From positions 258 to 64,257 of the forward strand of contig DCHW01000030.1 in assembly GCA_002314935.1 (NCBI GenBank): a DNA stretch of 64,000 nt, written 5' to 3'. Within the stretch, counting starts at the first letter, position 1, and each line of letters starts with the position of its first letter. The position numbers were made by a program, and so were the translations under genes. The stretch is from Clostridiales bacterium UBA1742 (lineage in GTDB: Bacteria > Bacillota > Clostridia > TANB77 > CAG-508). Below the pieces are notes generated by a model. It did not search any database, had not been told where the DNA came from, and worked only from the letters and a program-made list of their open reading frames with translations. Positions 1 to 8,229 of this stretch are shown here, piece after piece.

Positions 1-1842
1 GATGTATTAATAATTTTAAAGAAAAATGGATTGAATTTAACTGAAATAAAACAAGATATAACCCTAGAAGATATTTTAAAGGGTAATCTAGAAAAAGAAA
101 AAATATTATTAGAGTTAAAACAAAAATTTTATGACATAAATGATATAATGTATATAGGCCGTAGATTAGGCAATCAAAAGAATAGAGATTTAGAGTTTTT
201 TAAAGAAGAGTTATTAAAGGCAGATATAAAGTTAACAGATGAAGAAATAAAATATCTAACAGAAATAGAAACAAATTTACAGAAAAAAGATAGAAATACA
301 GAAGAAGTTATACAAATAGTATTGTTATTAAAACAAAACGGAATAAAATTAACTGATATAAAGCAAGACAAATCAATAGGAGATTTATTAAATAATAATG
401 AAAATAAAGAAAAAATATTAATAGAATTAAAAAAAATATCTCAATATATAGATGAGAAACATCCTATAGGTGTAAGAGTGTCTAAACAAAAGATGAATAA
501 TATACTTGACTTCAAAAAAAAGTTAGAAGAATCTGGTATAGAAATAACAGATGCGGAAATAAAACATTTAACTACAATTGAAACACAGCAAGAAAAAAGC
601 GAAAGGGTAACAAAAGAATTAGTTCAGGTTTTAAGTATACTAAAGAAAAATGGTATAGACTTAACAAAAATAAAGAAAAATAAATGCATATTAAAATATT
701 TACTAGAAGACAATCTATATAAACAAGATATACTAATGCAAATACAGCAAATATCAGATGAAATAAATGGAGATTGGGATATCGGAGGAAGATTAATAAC
801 ACAAAGACACAATAAATTAAATGAATTTAAGAATGAACTAGAAAAATCAGGGATACTATTAACACCAAAGGAATTAGTATATTTAACTACAATAGAAAGA
901 AATCAAGAAATAAAAGAAAGAAAAACAAAAGAACTTGTTCAAATATTAATAATATTAAAAAATAATGGAATAGAATTAACTCAAATAAAAAAAGATTCTT
1001 TAAAATTATGTGATATGTTAAAAGATAATCCAAAGAAGGAAAAAATAATGGAAGAAGTTCAAAAAATATCAAACAAAATAGATGAAAATTGGAATATCGG
1101 AAATAATCTTTTAAATGTAAGGCATTCTAAATTAGAAGAATTGATTCAAATTTCATTTGAATTAGGATTAAGCTTAACAGATAAAGAAATAAAATATTTA
1201 ACAGTAGAAACGAAACAAGAGGAAAGTAAAAGAAAAACAAAAGAACTGGTTCAAATGTTATTAGTATTCAAGCAAAATGGAATAGAATTAACTGATATAA
1301 AGCAAGATAAAACTATAGAAGATATTTTAAGTGGACATATGTATAGAGAAAAAATATTAGTAAAATTGCAAGAGATATCTAAAGATGTAAACGAAAAATA
1401 TTATATTGGTTCTAAAATTTCTACACAAAAAGCGAGTAATTTAAATAGATTTAAAAAGGAATTAGAAGAATCTGGTATAGAATTAACAGATGAAGAAACA
1501 AAATATTTAACAACAAAACAAACATCTACAGATAAAAAGGAAAGAGCAATAAAAGAATTTGTAGAAGTGATAAGAATATTAAAAAAATATGAAATTGAGT
1601 TGACAGGAATAAAAAATCCTACTAAAATAGGAGATTTAATCGAAGGAAAAGAGAATAAAGAAAAAATACTAATGGAGTTACAGGAGATATCAGAAGAAGT
1701 TAATGAAGAATTCAATATAGGGAGAAGACTAAATAATCAAAAGAGTAGAAATATAGAAGAATTTAGAAAAGTATTAATTTCTTCTGGAATAGAATTAAGT
1801 GAAAAAGAAGTTTCGATTTTAACTGAAAAAAAGATAGAATAG
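1..1842 (+). CDS. Tandem-repeat protein (at least 6 diverged ~100-aa units); 5' end lies outside the window
   Basis: The frame is open from base 1. The first codons, DVLIILKKNGLNL, continue the repeat, so the listed start at 31 is internal. Recurring unit: TKELVQIL.ILK.NGIELT.IK..(20 aa)..KEKIL.EL.EIS..I.E.W.IG.RL..QK...L.EFK.ELE.SGIELTD.EIKYLT. It only loosely recalls helicase-associated (HA) helical repeats. No catalytic motif seen. Confidence 0.6.
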   Translation, partial: DVLIILKKNGLNLTEIKQDITLEDILKGNLEKEKILLELKQKFYDINDIMYIGRRLGNQKNRDLEFFKEELLKADIKLTDEEIKYLTEIETNLQKKDRNTEEVIQIVLLLKQNGIKLTDIKQDKSIGDLLNNNENKEKILIELKKISQYIDEKHPIGVRVSKQKMNNILDFKKKLEESGIEITDAEIKHLTTIETQQEKSERVTKELVQVLSILKKNGIDLTKIKKNKCILKYLLEDNLYKQDILMQIQQISDEINGDWDIGGRLITQRHNKLNEFKNELEKSGILLTPKELVYLTTIERNQEIKERKTKELVQILIILKNNGIELTQIKKDSLKLCDMLKDNPKKEKIMEEVQKISNKIDENWNIGNNLLNVRHSKLEELIQISFELGLSLTDKEIKYLTVETKQEESKRKTKELVQMLLVFKQNGIELTDIKQDKTIEDILSGHMYREKILVKLQEISKDVNEKYYIGSKISTQKASNLNRFKKELEESGIELTDEETKYLTTKQTSTDKKERAIKEFVEVIRILKKYEIELTGIKNPTKIGDLIEGKENKEKILMELQEISEEVNEEFNIGRRLNNQKSRNIEEFRKVLISSGIELSEKEVSILTEKKIE

Positions 1843-2270
1843 ATACACCAAGATTTGTTCAAATATTGACAGTTTTAAAAAAATATAATTTAGATTTAAG
1901 AGTTATATCTAGAAAAACAACTATATTGGATGTTTTAAATGAAACTGATAATAAAGAAAGAATATTATCAGAGTTGAAAGAAATATCAAAAGAAATAAAT
2001 GAAGAATGGCCTATTGGTGAAAGAGTAAGTAAGCAAAAAAATAAAAAATTAGAAGAATTTAAAACAGAATTAGAAATATCTGGTATAGACTTAACAGAAG
2101 AAGAATTAAAACATCTAACAGAGAAAAAAGTAAATAAAAAAATCAAAGATACTGTAAAACAAAACAAGGGGAATTTATCTGAAGCTATTCAGGCTGGAAG
2201 AGAGTTAGAAGCGGAAATATTGATAGCAGAGAAAGTATCAGAAAGGAGTGCAAGTGATGGACGAGGATAA
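1827..2270 (+). CDS. Continuation of the repeat protein in the -1 frame (one more repeat unit plus a C-terminal tail)
   Basis: This frame opens exactly at 1827, just after a TGA at 1824-1826. It encodes DRIDTPRFVQILTVLKKYNLDL..EWPIGERVSKQK..EFKTELEISGIDLTEEELKHLT, the same repeat unit as the upstream ORF. There is no ATG or SD; the track start at 1866 is a TTG. The upstream frame reaches it through the A_AAA_AAG heptamer at 1827-1833. Confidence 0.45.
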   Translation, partial: KKDRIDTPRFVQILTVLKKYNLDLRVISRKTTILDVLNETDNKERILSELKEISKEINEEWPIGERVSKQKNKKLEEFKTELEISGIDLTEEELKHLTEKKVNKKIKDTVKQNKGNLSEAIQAGRELEAEILIAEKVSERSASDGRG

Positions 2271-2718
2271 TAAAATAAAAAGTTATTACATAGAAAATAC
2301 TAAATTTAGTAGAATTGCACTTGCACAAGTATATGAAATTCTTATTGAATATGAAGATGGAATAGAAAATGTTCCAGAGAATGTAATAAGATTCTTAGAT
2401 GATAACAGAGATAAAGAATATGTTTTTGATTATGGTGATGACTTAGAAAACTTTAAATTAGAAAAAGATGCTGAAAATTTGTTAATATATATTTATACAA
2501 AATATTTAGCTCCAGAAGAAGAACGAAGAGTTATAGAAGATATTGCAAAAATGCAAGCTATTCAAAAAGAAAAACAAGAACAATTTTCAAGTGATGTGTT
2601 TAATTCTAATAGTGAAATAGAAGAGAAGATACAAGAAAATGTTTTGCCAGTAGAATATAAAGAGTCTTTAATAAAGAAAATTCTAAGATTTTTTAAAAAT
2701 ATATTTAAAAGAAAATAA
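2257..2718 (+). CDS. Hypothetical acidic protein
   Basis: ATG at 2257 lies 8 nt after AGGAG (2244-2248); the listed 2248 start is a GTG. The start overlaps the end of the preceding ORF. No recognisable motif. Confidence 0.5.
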   Translation: MDEDNKIKSYYIENTKFSRIALAQVYEILIEYEDGIENVPENVIRFLDDNRDKEYVFDYGDDLENFKLEKDAENLLIYIYTKYLAPEEERRVIEDIAKMQAIQKEKQEQFSSDVFNSNSEIEEKIQENVLPVEYKESLIKKILRFFKNIFKRK

Positions 2719-2729
2719 GGAGGAATATT

Positions 2730-3455
2730 ATGAGTCCAGAAAAAGAATTAAAAAGACATGTTAAAGTATTAGAAGATATAAAAAATGCTTCTAATAAAGA
2801 AGAATTACCAAATGTAACACTATCTAACATTACAAAATATCTTGCAAGCAATGCATCTTTCGATAAAGTACATATAAGCCAAACAGCATTTAAACCAGTT
2901 ACTGATGCACTATCAAAATATAATTATTTTACAGTGCCAGAAGTAAAAAATGCGTTTATGACGGTATTAAGAGAAAACTACGAAGGAAAAACAGAAGAGG
3001 AATATGAAGCACTATATACACAAATATCAGAGGGGACAAGCATTGGAAATTATTTAGTAGAAATACAAGAAAGAACAAAAAAACTTGAACAATTTGAGCA
3101 AACACAAGATTTAGAAAATCATAAAGAAATTTTAAGACAAATAGAGAATGCATTTGAAATAAAAGAATTACCAAGTGTAGGAAAAGGGATTTTAAATAGA
3201 AAAATACAAGAAGATACAAAAAATGATTATACAGATAGACTTGCAATTATCAAATTACAAGAAATATCTGATTGTATTTTAAGTAAAAAAGATGAACAAG
3301 AAATTAAAAATGCAATTTTAAAAATGTGCCAAGAATTTGAATTAAGTGAAGAAGAAACTAAATCAATGTATGAACAAGTAAGCTCCCAAGTACTTGCAGA
3401 TAAAAGACTTGGATATATAGTAGAAGAAATAGAAAAAAAGATGCAAAAGTTTTAA
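2730..3455 (+). CDS. Hypothetical protein with two copies of a ~115-aa 'ELP..' module
   Basis: SD AAGGAGG lies upstream. The two halves share a pattern: ELPNVTLSNITKYL...EEEYEALYTQIS...YLVEIQERTKKLEQF versus ELPSVGKGIL...EEETKSMYEQVS...YIVEEIEKKMQKF. Confidence 0.5.
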   Translation: MSPEKELKRHVKVLEDIKNASNKEELPNVTLSNITKYLASNASFDKVHISQTAFKPVTDALSKYNYFTVPEVKNAFMTVLRENYEGKTEEEYEALYTQISEGTSIGNYLVEIQERTKKLEQFEQTQDLENHKEILRQIENAFEIKELPSVGKGILNRKIQEDTKNDYTDRLAIIKLQEISDCILSKKDEQEIKNAILKMCQEFELSEEETKSMYEQVSSQVLADKRLGYIVEEIEKKMQKF

Positions 3456-3484
3456 AAATATATAAAGATGATCATGAAAGAACA

Positions 3485-4372
3485 ATGGAACGAATAAAAG
3501 AAGCAAAAAGAATTAGTCAGTTACCACAAAATTTAACATTTTCTAGTTTAGCAGGTTACTTAAGTGGAAATACAACAATATATCCAAAAACAGATAAAAT
3601 TTCTAGTACAGAATTAAAAGATTTAACACAATTATTATTAGAGGGAAAAACTTTTGAAGATAGAGAAATTAAGGAAAAAGTTAGAAAAATTGCAGAAGAT
3701 AAATACCCAGAAAGTGCAGAAGAAGCATATAATCTTTTATATGAAAAAATAGCAACACTTCCAAGAACAAATTATATGGTAGAAGAAATAAATTATGCTC
3801 AGTCAAGACAAGAAGAATTTATAGGAAGAAATTGTAGTAATGTAAATGTGTATTTTATTCCAAATCCAAATACACCAATGGATGGAGGAAGATTTTATAA
3901 TTGTTACATAAATAGGGTAGAAAATTTAGATTTAGGGGAAATATTACCATTAGATTTAGATTCAATTGTTCCTCCTGGAATGGATGTAGATAGTGTAGAA
4001 TGGTATGTACAAGAAAAATACGACCCAACATTTAAAGCAGCAGGAGGAATCATTTTAAACAAAGATGAAACAATCGGAAATGTAAGTGTATTTAAACCTT
4101 CAGATGGAACAGTAGGAATAACACCAGAAGAAAAAGGAAAATATGAGCAATTAAAAGAACTAAAAACACAGGTGAGTGAAATTATAAAAGATAGAAAAGA
4201 AAAAATGAAACAATTTGCAGATTTACAAAAAAGCTTATTTGCATATATGGACGATCAAGATGCAAAACTTGCAGAATTAGAAGAAAAAATAAGTCAAATT
4301 CAAGGTGATGAAGAATTAGGACAAGCAACACCAGAAAATAAACAACCAGAGAATAATAGAGAAGAAAGGTAA
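3485..4372 (+). CDS. Hypothetical protein; N-terminal module paralogous to the previous ORF
   Basis: QLPQNLTFSSLAGYL...AEEAYNLLYEKIA...YMVEEINYAQSRQEEF matches the module in 2730..3455. The C-terminal half is unique and ends in a coiled-coil-like acidic tail. Confidence 0.5.
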   Translation: MERIKEAKRISQLPQNLTFSSLAGYLSGNTTIYPKTDKISSTELKDLTQLLLEGKTFEDREIKEKVRKIAEDKYPESAEEAYNLLYEKIATLPRTNYMVEEINYAQSRQEEFIGRNCSNVNVYFIPNPNTPMDGGRFYNCYINRVENLDLGEILPLDLDSIVPPGMDVDSVEWYVQEKYDPTFKAAGGIILNKDETIGNVSVFKPSDGTVGITPEEKGKYEQLKELKTQVSEIIKDRKEKMKQFADLQKSLFAYMDDQDAKLAELEEKISQIQGDEELGQATPENKQPENNREER

Positions 4373-4385
4373 AAGGAGGTTTAAT

Positions 4386-4634
4386 ATGGCACCTAGAATA
4401 TTTTCTATAAATAAAAATGGAGAAAAAATAGATTATAATGTAATATTAACTTTTAAAAGTGAAATAAATAAAAAAGATTATGTGGTATATACAGACAATT
4501 CTTATGATGAAGAAAACAAATTAAGAATATATGCTGCAATATATAATCCACTAAGTAATAAATTCATTAAAGAAGTAGAAGAACAAGAAGAATGGGATGA
4601 AATTTATAGATTATTAGATAAAGTACTAAAATAA
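4386..4634 (+). CDS. DUF1292-like small protein
   Basis: SD AAGGAGG is 5 nt upstream. The 82-aa protein follows the DUF1292 pattern: DYNVILTF..NKKDYVVYTDNSYDEENKLRIYAAIY...VEEQEEWDEIYRLLDKVL. Assigned from memory of the family pattern. Confidence 0.5.
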   Translation: MAPRIFSINKNGEKIDYNVILTFKSEINKKDYVVYTDNSYDEENKLRIYAAIYNPLSNKFIKEVEEQEEWDEIYRLLDKVLK

Positions 4635-4748
4635 AATGAAAGAAATTAATAGAAAAATTACAAGAAGAAGGGAAAACAAACGAAGAGATAAGGAATCTAC
4701 TAGTAAACAGTTTTACAGAATATATATCATTGTAAAATAGGTGAAAAA

Positions 4749-7193
4749 ATGTCAAAAGAAAAATTAGAGGAAGTAATTGAATATGAAGATGAAGAATTAG
4801 ATGAAGATTACATAGAAGATCAAGAAGAATTAAGTGACAACGATCAAGTAGAACAAGATAGTAAAGGACAAGTTAATTTCAAAAGTGTAAATCATCATAA
4901 AAGAGCAGAAGCAAACGAAGTAGAATCAGATGGAGAAATAGCAACATATGTAAATTATGCTTTAGAATATTTTGGGTATAGATGCGCTTTATCGGGAGAG
5001 AAGTTTGTTATTTTTGATAATCCAGTAGAAAGAGAAGGATATAAAAGAAATAGTAATTTATCAGCAGAACATATATTAGCATTAACAGCAGGAGGAAATG
5101 ATATAATTCCTAATATTGTTCCTAGTGTGCTTCAATATAATATACAAAAAAATGGATATTATATATTAGATTGGTGGCCAAAAGCAAAAGATATAAATGG
5201 AAATCCAATATATATTCCAGAAAAACTATTAAAAATAGTAAATTATATGTTGAAAAGTTTGCAAATAAGAAAAGATTTAGGAATAAAAAAACAACCTAGA
5301 GAATATAGAAAAAGACTATTAACACCAAATGAAATAGATGAATTTTTGATGCAAGAAGGAATTGCACAAGGATTAATATCAGATACCATAACAGCAGCTA
5401 CTGAATTAGAAGATGGAAAAAGTATCCTAACACAAATACCCCCACAAGAAGGAGCAATACCAAGTTTAGCAAAACAAAAATATAAAGAAACAAAAATAAC
5501 AGAAGCAATGTTTTTAACAGATGCTTTAGAAGTGTTGGGAAAAGAAGAAAAAATACCACAAGAAATAACAGCAAAACTTCAAAGCATGTATAAAGAAATA
5601 GAAGGAGAAATACCATTTGAAATAGAAGTACGAAGAAATATATTATCTGATTTAGAACAAATGGGGATAGAAGATAATAAATATACAGTAGCAAATGATT
5701 TGTTAGTAAATTCAGATATATTAGAACAAGTAAGAAATACAGAAAATAGTGAATACAAAATTTTATATATAAATGAATATTTATCAAAAAAGACTGAAAG
5801 TTTAAAACAAATATTTTCAGAAGAATATTTAAAAGAGATAATATCATATAAGCCAGAAGTTTTATATGATTTTAAAAGTTCAAAAGAAGAAAAAGAATTA
5901 ATAGATTTATATATAAAATATACAGATAATAACAAAATAAATATTAAAAATTTAAGTAAAATATATTTAAGAAACATATTAGAAATCAAGAAGTGGATGG
6001 AAGAAAATAAAACAATCAAGCCACCAAGATATCAAAACAAGAAGAATATTGTTCCAAAAAATGAAGCAAAATTAGGAAGCGATTTAGTATCAATAAGGAG
6101 TGCATTAATAAAACCATATCGAGAGTTAAATAATGAAGAAGAAAAAGAAGAATATAAGAGAAAACATCCAGAATTAGAATATGTTATGGCTATAGTTGAG
6201 GAAATAGATAGAAATAATGTTAAAATAAAAGGAGAACAAAAATATTATATAAATATATTAAAAATAAAAGAGTGGATGAAAGAAAATAAAACAACAAAAC
6301 CGCCAAGAAAACAAAATGAGAAAAAAACAGTACCAGAAGAAGAAGCAAAATTAGGAAGAGCTTTAGCCACTATAAAACAAGAATTAATAAAACCGTATAA
6401 AGATTTAAAAAATAAAGAAGAAAAAGAAGAATATAAAATGCAACATCCAGAACTAGAAGAAATAATGGCTATAATAGAAGAAATAGATAGAAATAATGTT
6501 AAAATAAAAGAAGAACAACCACATTATATAAATATATTAAAAATCAGAGAGTGGATGGAAGAAAATAAAACAACCAAGCCACCAAATAAGCATGACAAAG
6601 ATAAAAAAACAGCTAAATTAGGAATTGCTTTATCAAGGATAAGGCAAGAATTAATAAAACCATATCTAGAGTTGAAGAATAAAGAAAAAAAAGCAGAATA
6701 TAAAAAACAACATCCAGAACTAGAAGAAGTAATGAAAATAGTAGAGGAAATAGATAAGAATAATATTTTAATAAAAGAAGAAAAAATATATTATATAAAT
6801 ATGTTAAAAATAAAAGAGTGGATGAAAGAAAATAAAACAACAAAACCGCCAAGAAAACAAAATGAGAAGAAAACAGTACCAGAAGAAGAAGCAAAATTAG
6901 GAGGAGCTTTAGCTACTATAAAACAAGAATTAATAAAACCGTACATAAAAATGCAGGATGAAGAAGAAAAAGTAGAATATAGAATACAACATCCAGAAAT
7001 AGAAGATGTAATGGCAGTGGTAGAAGAAATAGATAGAAATAATCCTAAAAATAAGAAAAAAATAAAAGATACTGTGAAACAAAATAAAGATAATTTATCT
7101 GAAGCTATGCAAGCTGGAGAAGAATTAGAATCCGAAAAATTGATGACAGAAAAGGTTGAAGAGATGAACAAAGGTGATGGTATAGAGAAATAA
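4749..7193 (+). CDS. HNH-endonuclease-domain protein with C-terminal tandem ~91-95-aa repeats
   Basis: N-terminal region has an HNH-like motif: SAEHILALTAGGNDIIPNIVPSVLQYNIQKNG. From about 5950 there are 4-5 tandem units: YINILKIKEWMKENKTTKPPRKQNEKKTVPEEEAKLGRALATIKQELIKPY..EEKEEYK.QHPELEE.MAI.EEIDRNN. The W...P......LG...Q pattern is reminiscent of the helicase-associated domain. The C-terminal tail is shared with 1827..2270. Confidence 0.6.
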   Translation: MSKEKLEEVIEYEDEELDEDYIEDQEELSDNDQVEQDSKGQVNFKSVNHHKRAEANEVESDGEIATYVNYALEYFGYRCALSGEKFVIFDNPVEREGYKRNSNLSAEHILALTAGGNDIIPNIVPSVLQYNIQKNGYYILDWWPKAKDINGNPIYIPEKLLKIVNYMLKSLQIRKDLGIKKQPREYRKRLLTPNEIDEFLMQEGIAQGLISDTITAATELEDGKSILTQIPPQEGAIPSLAKQKYKETKITEAMFLTDALEVLGKEEKIPQEITAKLQSMYKEIEGEIPFEIEVRRNILSDLEQMGIEDNKYTVANDLLVNSDILEQVRNTENSEYKILYINEYLSKKTESLKQIFSEEYLKEIISYKPEVLYDFKSSKEEKELIDLYIKYTDNNKINIKNLSKIYLRNILEIKKWMEENKTIKPPRYQNKKNIVPKNEAKLGSDLVSIRSALIKPYRELNNEEEKEEYKRKHPELEYVMAIVEEIDRNNVKIKGEQKYYINILKIKEWMKENKTTKPPRKQNEKKTVPEEEAKLGRALATIKQELIKPYKDLKNKEEKEEYKMQHPELEEIMAIIEEIDRNNVKIKEEQPHYINILKIREWMEENKTTKPPNKHDKDKKTAKLGIALSRIRQELIKPYLELKNKEKKAEYKKQHPELEEVMKIVEEIDKNNILIKEEKIYYINMLKIKEWMKENKTTKPPRKQNEKKTVPEEEAKLGGALATIKQELIKPYIKMQDEEEKVEYRIQHPEIEDVMAVVEEIDRNNPKNKKKIKDTVKQNKDNLSEAMQAGEELESEKLMTEKVEEMNKGDGIEK

Positions 7194-7279
7194 AACGAAT
7201 TCATTAAAATATATAAGAAAAATTTGGGAAAAGAAAACTAATAGTTAATCATATAGATTAAAATAATTTGACCACTTTT

Positions 7280-7320
7280 TTGACCACAACCGAAACGAGA
7301 AATAATGGAAATATTGAGAT
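7280..7320 (+). repeat. Direct repeat copy 1 (promoter-like TTGACC..AATAAT)
   Basis: ttgaccacaaccgaaacgagaaataatggaaatattgagat is about 80% identical to 7500..7540. A partial third copy (ttgaccac) lies at 7268. Confidence 0.6.
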
Positions 7321-7330
7321 ATAAAAAAAT

Positions 7331-7369
7331 AAGTGTTGTTCTGAAAGCCTTACAGAATAGCACTTTTTT
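7331..7369 (+). terminator. Rho-independent terminator
   Basis: 13-bp stem aagtgttgttctg/cagaatagcactt (two G-U pairs), 9-nt loop, then TTTTTT. Confidence 0.6.
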
Positions 7370-7405
7370 AAACTCTATGGAAATAATGAAATTAGGAAGG
7401 TTCTT

Positions 7406-7450
7406 CTCATAACCCGAAGGTCGTAAGTTCGAGTTTTATCCACGCAACCA
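7406..7450 (+). pseudogene. 3' fragment of initiator tRNA-Met (anticodon loop to CCA); att-site remnant
   Basis: CTCATAACCCGAAGGTCGTAAGTTCGAGTTTTATCCACGCAACCA matches the conserved bacterial tRNA-fMet 3' half (..GGGCTCATAACCCGAAGGTCG..TTC.A.T....CGCAACCA). Upstream there is no acceptor 5' strand, no D-arm and no 5' anticodon-stem strand, so it is not a functional gene. Confidence 0.7.
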
Positions 7451-7459
7451 TATTAAAAT

Positions 7460-7494
7460 AGGCATTCTATAGAAATATAGGATGCTTATTTTTT
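7460..7494 (+). terminator. Rho-independent terminator after the tRNA fragment
   Basis: Stem aggcattctata/tataggatgctt (12 bp, two wobbles), GAAA loop, then ATTTTTT. Confidence 0.55.
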
Positions 7495-7499
7495 ATGTT

Positions 7500-7540
7500 T
7501 TGACCACAACCTGAATGAGATATAATGGATTTATTTTGAT
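7500..7540 (+). repeat. Direct repeat copy 2 (promoter-like TTGACC-15 nt-TATAAT upstream of abiEi)
   Basis: ttgaccacaacctgaatgagatataatggatttattttgat; see 7280..7320. Confidence 0.6.
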
Positions 7541-7644
7541 TTAATATAATTTTTTCGAATAATTTTAATAAATTTGCTTAAAATACATTTACAAATATGC
7601 CACAAAACGATAAAATGGTGGCATATTTGTAAAGGAGATAACTT

Positions 7645-8229
7645 ATGATTGATAAAATTTTAAAAATTATGAAAAAAAATAATAATATAATAACACCTTC
7701 ACAGCTAGAAAAATATGGAATATCTAGAGTATATTTATCAAAAATGGAAAAAGAAGGTATATTAGAAAAAATTGAAAGAGGAATCTATGTAACTAAAGAA
7801 TTTAAATATGATGAATATTATATTTTTCAGTTAAAATATCCCAAAATAATATTTTCATATAACACAGCTTTGTATTTTTATGAAATGACTGAAAGAACAC
7901 CTATAAAAATGGATGTATCAGTTCCAAAAAATTATAATCCATATAGATTCAAAGATTTAGTTAATGTATATAGAATAAATGATGAAATATTTGACTTAGG
8001 AGTTACTTACAAAGAATCACCATTGGGAATGAAAGTAAAAATATACAATTTAGAAAGAACAGTATGTGATATTATAAAAGATAAGAATAGTTTAGATATT
8101 GAAATAAGAAATAAAGCAATAAAAAACTGTATAAAAAGCAAGGAATTTAATGCAAATAAAATGTTTGAATATGCAAAAAAAATGAAGATATACGAAAAAG
8201 TAAAAAATTATATGGAGGCAATTATATGA
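7645..8229 (+). CDS. abiEi: AbiEi-family antitoxin (type IV toxin-antitoxin system)
   Basis: N-terminal winged-helix pattern typical of AbiEi: IITPSQLEKYGISRVYLSKMEKEGILEKIERGIYV. ATGA overlap with the downstream nucleotidyltransferase gene. Confidence 0.75.
   Translation: MIDKILKIMKKNNNIITPSQLEKYGISRVYLSKMEKEGILEKIERGIYVTKEFKYDEYYIFQLKYPKIIFSYNTALYFYEMTERTPIKMDVSVPKNYNPYRFKDLVNVYRINDEIFDLGVTYKESPLGMKVKIYNLERTVCDIIKDKNSLDIEIRNKAIKNCIKSKEFNANKMFEYAKKMKIYEKVKNYMEAII

Larger units (their letters stand above)
1..7450. mobile_element. Putative right-hand portion of an integrated element (prophage or integrative element) ending at a tRNA-fMet att remnant
   Basis: All genes are on one strand and are lineage-specific repeat proteins, an HNH protein and a DUF1292 protein. 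The block ends at a displaced 3' fragment of initiator tRNA-Met followed by a native-looking terminator. No integrase is in the window; it would lie to the left. Confidence 0.35.

Noticed and set aside
4637-4732. Protein-like open frame KKLIEKLQEEGKTNEEIRNLLVNSFTEYISL between DUF1292 and the HNH gene
   Set aside because: There is no start codon or SD in that frame. It is not in frame with the DUF1292 stop, so simple readthrough cannot reach it. It is too short to support.
5398-7204. Several antisense ORFs (5398..5847, 5579..6019, 6613..6894, 6791..7204 minus strand), and similar ones opposite most long genes (e.g. 37579..38067, 49313..49795, 54384..54863, 21823..22179, 10149..10565)
   Set aside because: They lie entirely antisense to well-supported genes and encode Leu/Phe/Ile/Ser-rich low-complexity strings. 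Such strings are typical of the reverse complement of Lys/Glu/Asn-rich coding sequence in AT-rich DNA. None has an SD.
7375-7450. Intact tRNA-Met gene
   Set aside because: Only the 3' 45 nt match tRNA-fMet. The upstream sequence cannot form the acceptor stem (no tgcgtgg), the D-arm or the 5' anticodon-stem strand. It is called a fragment.
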